A DNA stretch of 63,572 nt, filler included, from Thraustochytrium aureum (taxonomy: Eukaryota): NCBI GenBank assembly GCA_012862495.1. It is 4 parts of 4 records of this genome, joined end to end, with 100 filler letters (N's around TTAATTAATTAA, not from the genome) between each part and the next. Parts side by side here need not be neighbours in the genome. Positions count along the whole stretch, not along the records: positions 47,146 to 61,644 come from BLSG01000223.1; positions 61,745 to 63,572 come from BLSG01000233.1; 2 more parts are not named here. One strand, 5' to 3'. The notes beneath the pieces are model-generated. The model was not told the origin of the DNA, searched no databases, and worked only from the letters and a program-made list of their open reading frames with translations. Position 1 is the stretch's first letter. Every line of letters starts with the position of its first letter. A program made the position numbers and the translations under genes. Shown one piece after another: positions 58,029-63,572 of the stretch.

Positions 58029-58712
58029 TCAGCTACATTTGTTGCTCTCGGAAGTCCTATACAGCCCGTTCTCACGAATGTACGCCGCCACCGCCGGCAC
58101 AACGTGAGCCCCTAACCCGGATCCGTCGCCTACACCGCACGCCGCCCTCGCCGCAGTGGAGGAGTGCGCGCCGAGCCCGTCCACCTGCTCGACCCAAACC
58201 CCAGCATGGGCCTGCGCGGGCGGCGGCGCCCCCTCGCGGCCAAACACGGCCACACGCACCATCGCGAGCAGCTCCTCGCCCCGTTTCCACTTGCCTCCAC
58301 AGAGGTCGGCAAACGTGTCTGCGCCAAGCAGCAGCACAAACTCGACGTCAGGTTGGGCCTCGCGGAGGTGAGAAACCACGTCAAAGGTGCCGACGCGCTC
58401 GGCGCTCGACTCGCACAGCTTGCGCTCCACATCCAGCACCTTGACGTTGTCCGCGCCGACCAGCTCGGGAGTAAAGCAGGCCCTGGCCATGGCCAGGCGC
58501 TGTTCGAAGGGCGCCAAGCCGCGCTTGGAGTCGAACAGGTGCGAGAAGACCGGCAGGACCCACACCTCGTCCAGCCTGCTCGCAAAGTGCCGCACTATCC
58601 CGAGGTGCGCCAGCGTTGGCGGGTTCAGCGAGGACCCGAACAGGCCCACCACGCGCCGCCCCGCGCCGCCACCGCCGCCGCCGCCACGCGTAGCCGCCGC
58701 GACCGCCGACAT
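58029..58712 (-). CDS. nadD: Nicotinate/nicotinamide mononucleotide adenylyltransferase, NadD-like
   Basis: GLFGSSLNPPTLAH (T/HxGH-like), DEVWVLP, FEQRLAM, LLLGADTF, W and SSTAAR. Confidence 0.82.
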   Translation of the reverse strand: MSAVAAATRGGGGGGGAGRRVVGLFGSSLNPPTLAHLGIVRHFASRLDEVWVLPVFSHLFDSKRGLAPFEQRLAMARACFTPELVGADNVKVLDVERKLCESSAERVGTFDVVSHLREAQPDVEFVLLLGADTFADLCGGKWKRGEELLAMVRVAVFGREGAPPPAQAHAGVWVEQVDGLGAHSSTAARAACGVGDGSGLGAHVVPAVAAYIRENGLYRTSESNKCS

Positions 58713-58950
58713 TTTCGCGGACGACGGCAAAGCATTNNNNNNNNNNNNNNNNNNNNNNNNNNNNNNNNNNNNNNNNNNNNNNNNNNNNNNNNNNNNNNNN
58801 NNNNNNNNNNNNNNNNNNNNNNNNNNNNNNNNNNNNNNNNNNNNNNNNNNNNNNNNNNNNNNNNNNNNNNNNNNNNNNNNNNNNNNNNNNNNNNNNNNNN
58901 NNNNNNNNNNNNNNNNNNNNNNNNNNNNNNNNNNNNNNNNNNNNNNNNNT

Positions 58951-61267
58951 TGCCTTCGCCGCTGTCGCGGTGCTTGCGACGACGGCGGCTGGTGGAAAGA
59001 CTGCTCGCGCTGCGCGCCCTGTGCGCCCCGGGGCCAAGAAGGCGGCGTTGGCGCAGGGCTGGGCTCAGCAAAAGCAGGAGACTGACCTGTTCATCGGCAC
59101 CGCCTCGCTCGTGCACGAGGTCCGAGCTGGATGGCTGGAGGCGCGATGCGGCCTCCTCGCCGAAGACGACGAGGCCGTCCTCGTTAACTTTTACTCCGGC
59201 TCGTGCGGGCACTGCCAGCGCTTTGCTGAGACCTGGAACTCCGTCGCCGCAGCCGCTGCGAGCGACCGATTCAAAGGCCGCGTCAGCGTCGTCGCGCTCA
59301 ACTGCGACGTGGAGCGCGATATTTGCACGACGTACAGTGTAAACTCCACACCCAAGATTGTTGGGTTTGGCGCAGGTACGGACCCTTGCAAGCCCGAGAC
59401 GGGGGCGCTACTCGGCGAGGCCTTCGAGGACATTCTGGCCTGGGTACAGCAGACGCTCGTCAGCGCCTCCCCACGTCCACCGCCAATGCCCTCCGCCGCC
59501 GACGCCACCGCCGCCAGCGACAACACGGACCCCGCCGACGCCGCGCTCTCGGCCGTATCAGCAGATGCGCCACCCGACGAGGACGCCGACGGGTCGGCAA
59601 CCAAAAGTGCAGCCGTCGCAAGCCTCGCGCTCGAAGACCTAGAGGCCGACCGCGTGGAGGATGAGAGTGCACCAGCGAGTGAGGGGGGGTGGAAAGCGCC
59701 TCGGAGACCCCAGGAACGACAGGCATCGTGACATCGCCGGCTCTGGTTCAGCCTTCCTCAGCAGATGGCGAAGCAAACGCGGGCCGACCTGTTCTTGCCC
59801 TAGACGGCACAGACGGCACAGAGGACGCTTCTTCGGACGAACCGGAGGACGAAGAGACCGTCGCACGGGCCTCGGCCAAGGAGTTGATGAAGCGCGACCT
59901 GGCAAATGCGGTCCGCTTCGGACTCGAGACGGGCGTCTTCCTCGGGAGGCACGAGCTCGTTGGGGATGAGCTCCACGCTCTGTTTGCATGGATCAACGTT
60001 CTTCGGCAGTCCTTCCCGGGCTCCCGGGAGCGAGCGCAGCTGGACAAGCTTTTGAGCCAGCTCAAGGCTCTGGAGAGCAGGGAAAGGGGGCGAATCTCTG
60101 CTGCCGCGTTTGACAGCATTTTGCGCACATGGGAATTTGCACGCTTTGACAAAGCCGAAGCGAACAGATTGGCCCACGTCGTGGACTCGTCAACCGAGGC
60201 GGGCAAGTGGCGAGCAACCTGGACGCTCTGCCGCGCGAAGCGGCTCAAGGACATCGGGGTCTACGGTGAGTTGTTGCGTGTTATCTGATAGGGCTGCGAA
60301 TCGAGTTGCTTGGAACGCGCTGTCTGCTTGGAATCGCGAGCATCGCAAGCTGACGAGCGCGCTGCGCGTGACAAAGGCGGCTACCCCTGCGCGCTCTGGA
60401 TGCTCTTGCACTCATTGACTGTGGCAAGCGGCGCGGGAGGCGCGAGCCCCGAGCTGACCCTCTCGGCCATGCATGGCTTTGTTGCCCATTTCTTCTCATG
60501 CAACGAGTGCCGGAAAAACTTTGTCGAGAGCAATCCCAATCCGCAGCGCGACGTTCTCAACAAGGCTGCTGCGATGGGCATCTCGCCAAGCCGGGCGCTC
60601 GTAATTTGGCTCTGGGCCGAGCACAACGCTGTGTCTCGCCGTCTCAACAGCGAAAACGTCAAGGCAGCGGAGCAGTCAAAGCGCCGCGGCAAGGCGCGCC
60701 TTGCGCGATCGCGCATGGTTTTCCCGCTCGTAGACCAGTGCAGGAAGTGCCGCCTGAGCGACTCGGCCAACACTGAACCGTCAACCAGCAGCGGCGGCCG
60801 CACCGCGCTCCGGTCTGCAGGGCCTGGGCAGAGCGCCCAGCGAGTTCGGCAGCGCGACCTCGAGTACCTCTCGAACCAGGTATCGCAAGGCCCGAACGCT
60901 GCGTAAGTTTGACTCGTGGGCTCGGAGATTCCTTTTCGGTCCGCTAACAGTATGACATCGCTGCAGCTTTCGCGACGTCCTCCCTGGGCCCGGTGCCAGC
61001 GTCGGGGTGGCGGCCACTTCGCAGGAAGAGGACTGGGATTTTGACGTCTTGCACTCATTCCTGGTCCACACGTACTGCTTCAATGACGGCAAGCTTCGGT
61101 GCCCGGAGGTGCGGTCAGAAGCGCCCGGCCCTTTCGCGGCCTTTCGTCTCGTCGCAGGGCTTAGCGCGGGCGTTGCTCTAGTCGCCTTGGCGATCTTCTT
61201 CAAGCCCCTTTCGCACGTTGTGCAGGCGGTGCGCCGGGCGATGAAGTCGCCCAAGCAGCGCCACTAA
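58951..61267 (+). CDS. QSOX: Quiescin-sulfhydryl oxidase (QSOX)-like: thioredoxin + Erv/ALR domain + C-terminal TM (5' in gap, frameshift near 59690, introns)
   Basis: Trx VNFYSGSCGHCQRFAETW. Erv GYPCALWMLLHSLTV, FFSCNECRKNF, WLWAEHNAVSRRL and FP…CRKC. TM LVAGLSAGVALVALAIFF. Confidence 0.88.
60266..60376 (+). other. Spliceosomal intron (111 nt) in QSOX
   Basis: TAC G|GTGAGT…GCTGAC…ACAAAG|GC GGC TAC CCC TGC gives in-frame YGGYPC. Confidence 0.8.
60903..60950 (+). other. Probable short intron (48 nt) in QSOX
   Basis: GTAAGT…CGCTAACAG. The downstream frame needs an additional indel, so the phase is unresolved. Confidence 0.55.
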
Positions 61268-61422
61268 GTGCTACCTTTTAGCGAAGAATAAATTCTACTG
61301 CGCTGCGCTCGGGGCCTGCCCCTGGACCGCCGAGGCCGTGCCTCGAGCTGGCGCAAGCGCCCGGACACTAGGGCTCCTACAGACACTAGGGCTCCTGCTT
61401 GCGGATCTTGGTCGGCCGGCCG

Positions 61423-61511
61423 GAGTCATCCGCGGCCGCCAACGAGTCATCCGCGGCCGCCAACGAGTCATCCGCGGCCGCCAACGAGTCATCCGCAGCC
61501 GCCAACGAGTC
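61423..61511. repeat. 21-bp tandem repeat x4 (minus strand reads DDSLAAA), probably the 3' end of a truncated minus-strand gene
   Basis: gagtcatccgcggccgccaac x4, next to an 18-bp-period duplication gacactagggctcct. Confidence 0.85.
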
Positions 61512-61644
61512 CTCGTGAGGCGGTTCGACCCGCTTGCCATGCTCGCAGGGCTCACTGGCAGCCGGTCGACCTGCACTCGGGCCAGCCGACTTGGGCACCA
61601 CAGGAAGGCTACGCGTAAGGCGCAGCTTCTCCCATGTGAGGCGC

Positions 61645-61744
61645 NNNNNNNNNNNNNNNNNNNNNNNNNNNNNNNNNNNNNNNNNNNNTTAATTAATTAA
61701 NNNNNNNNNNNNNNNNNNNNNNNNNNNNNNNNNNNNNNNNNNNN
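61645..61744. other. Artificial scaffold-joining spacer
   Basis: N44-TTAATTAATTAA-N44. Confidence 0.97.
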
Positions 61745-62491
61745 CACCTTTCTAGTGTGGGGGCCACCTTTGCGGGGCTTACGATAATGACGCAGCGCAT
61801 GCTCACCGAGACGCTCAACCCGCGCGACCGCCTGGGCGGCGATGGGCGCGGCCTGGGCGCCGAGCTTCGCTCCACCATCAAGCAGTGGCGGCCCCTGCTC
61901 GCCGACCCAAAGTTCAAGTCGGTCCTGGGCATGAACGTCATGTACTGGAGCTGCCTTTCCGGGTCGTACATGACCTTGCTGCCGATGATGCTAGTGCGCG
62001 AGGAGCTGGCGCTGACGCCGGCCGAAATCGGCGGAGTGTTTGCGATGACCTCGGCCGTCAACGTGCTTTGCACGCAGCCCGCGGCCTGGATGGCCGACCG
62101 GTTTGGCAAGCCCCCTGCCATCGTTTTCTCCAGCATCATCGTCAGCGGGGCGATGTTTGCGTTTCCCTTGATCCCCTCGCTCTCGCCGTCTCTGGCGGTG
62201 CTGGCCCTGTGGTCGATGGGCGGCACGATGTTTGGGATGGCGCCGACGGCGTATGTGACGGACATCGTGCCCGCGCACCACCGGTCGCAGGCGCTGGCCC
62301 TGCTTCGCACGACGGGGGACCTTGGCCTGCTGATGGGCGCGTCGACGACAGGCTTTGTCGCGGACCGCACCTCGCAGACGACGGCGATGCAGGGCAACGC
62401 GGGGGCCTTGCTTGCGACCAGCGTGTGGTTTGGGCTCGTTACCAAGAGCCAAATGACAAGTGCGGCCGCCGCGAAGCCGCGGCGGCCTTGA
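61745..62491 (+). CDS. MFS transporter, C-terminal half (5'-truncated)
   Basis: Multiple TMs, motif A-like AAWMADRFGKPP, and TAYVTDIVPAHHRSQALALLRTTGDLG. Confidence 0.88.
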   Translation, partial: HLSSVGATFAGLTIMTQRMLTETLNPRDRLGGDGRGLGAELRSTIKQWRPLLADPKFKSVLGMNVMYWSCLSGSYMTLLPMMLVREELALTPAEIGGVFAMTSAVNVLCTQPAAWMADRFGKPPAIVFSSIIVSGAMFAFPLIPSLSPSLAVLALWSMGGTMFGMAPTAYVTDIVPAHHRSQALALLRTTGDLGLLMGASTTGFVADRTSQTTAMQGNAGALLATSVWFGLVTKSQMTSAAAAKPRRP

Positions 62492-62637
62492 CGACGGCGA
62501 TCGGTCATGTGTATACGGTAGGAGGACGACAGCCGGCCGCGTCCTTTTGCATGCAAAGTCTACAGAGTAGTCCGAGCGTGAGCTCGGCCTTGGTGCCTTA
62601 CCCAGTAAGTGCCTGCGCAGGCGGCCTGCGTCTGCGC

Positions 62638-62715
62638 CCTCGGCTCTGGAGCTGAGCTGCTCCCAGCTCGCTGTGCGCCTCGGCTCTGGAGCTGAGCTGC
62701 TCCCAGCTCGCTGTG
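62638..62715. repeat. 40-bp-period tandem duplication in convergent intergenic region
   Basis: cctcggctctggagctgagctgctcccagctcgctgtg occurs twice. Confidence 0.85.
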
Positions 62716-62854
62716 TGGACAATGGACAACCAAGGAGGGAAAGGCAAGGTCTGCTCGGTGTCGGTGAGGAGGTGTGAAGGTACACAACTTTCTGTGAACG
62801 AATAGGGGAAATAGAACCGCCAGAACGCAACGCGAGTTGCTTGCTTTGATGCGC

Positions 62855-63572
62855 TTACATGTTCTTGATGATCTCGTCGCCAAACTCGGAGCACTTGAGC
62901 AGCGTGGCGCCCTCCATCATGCGCTCAAAGTCGTACGTGACGCGCTTGTTGGCGATGGCCTTCTCGATGCCCTTAATGATCAGGTCGCCGGCCTCCGACC
63001 AGCCCATGTGGCGGAACATGAGGTCGCCCGAGAGGATGACAGAGCCGGGGTTCACCTTGTCGAGGCCAGCGTACTTGGGCGCGTGCCGTGCGTGGCCTCA
63101 AAGATGGCGTGGCCGGTCTCGTACGAGATGTTGCCGCCCGGCGCGATGCCGATGCCGCCGACCTGCGCCGCGAGCGCGTCCGAGAGGTAGTCCCCGTTCA
63201 GGTTCATGGTGGCCACAATGTCAAACTCCTTGGGGCGCGTGAGGACCTGCTGGAGGGTGATGTCCGCGATGGCGTCGCGCACAAGCAGCTTCTTCTTCCA
63301 CTTGCCCTCGCCGTGCGTGGCGTAGATCTCATCGAGCACGCGGCGGACCTCCTGGAGGATCGCGGTCTGCTGCGCTTCGGTCATCATGTCGAAGCCGGGC
63401 TCAATCTGGCGGGCGTTCGTCTCCGCGTCGGTGACGCCGTTGTCGCGGTTGCCGAGGATCCAGCTCTCGCGCTCGGTGACAATCTCCTTGCGGAACTCGG
63501 TCTGGGCGAGCTTGTAGCCCCAGTCCTTGAAGGCGCCTTCGGTGAACTTCATGATGTTGCCCTTGTGGACGA
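62855..63572 (-). CDS. icd: Bacterial-type (E. coli Icd subfamily) isocitrate dehydrogenase, C-terminal part; frameshift near 63082
   Basis: [55 protein letters not shown](APKY)[21 protein letters not shown] and CSEFG. Confidence 0.93.

Overview
This is GC-rich, gene-dense, intron-poor eukaryotic nuclear DNA from a protist. It encodes eEF2, a GLFG nucleoporin and WDR76 and carries short GT-AG introns. A stramenopile, possibly labyrinthulomycete-like, origin is inferred but not proven. The window is not one locus: three artificial 100-bp spacers (N44-TTAATTAATTAA-N44) join four scaffolds (1-21532, 21633-47045, 47146-61644, 61745-63572), and there are many N gaps. Single-base frameshifts are frequent, even in eEF2, so split ORFs are treated as assembly errors. 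About 25 genes are supportable. Best candidate for an undescribed system (29453-31564, minus): a protein with a CG-1/CAMTA-like N-terminal domain, an NLS, a beta-helix, a phage tail-spike-type Peptidase_G2 autocleavage chaperone (ADYAEWF) and a multi-pass membrane anchor. This resembles a MYRF-like self-releasing membrane transcription factor built from different parts. Also notable are an LRR-Roc-COR protein ending in a trypsin-like protease with an intact triad (after splicing one intron), a G8/CEMIP-like secreted mosaic protein with bacterial-type modules, a Stc1-repeat-Zn-OTU deubiquitinase, a bacterial-type IDH and a 27-bp palindromic minisatellite. All domain calls come from motif recognition by eye; no searches were run.
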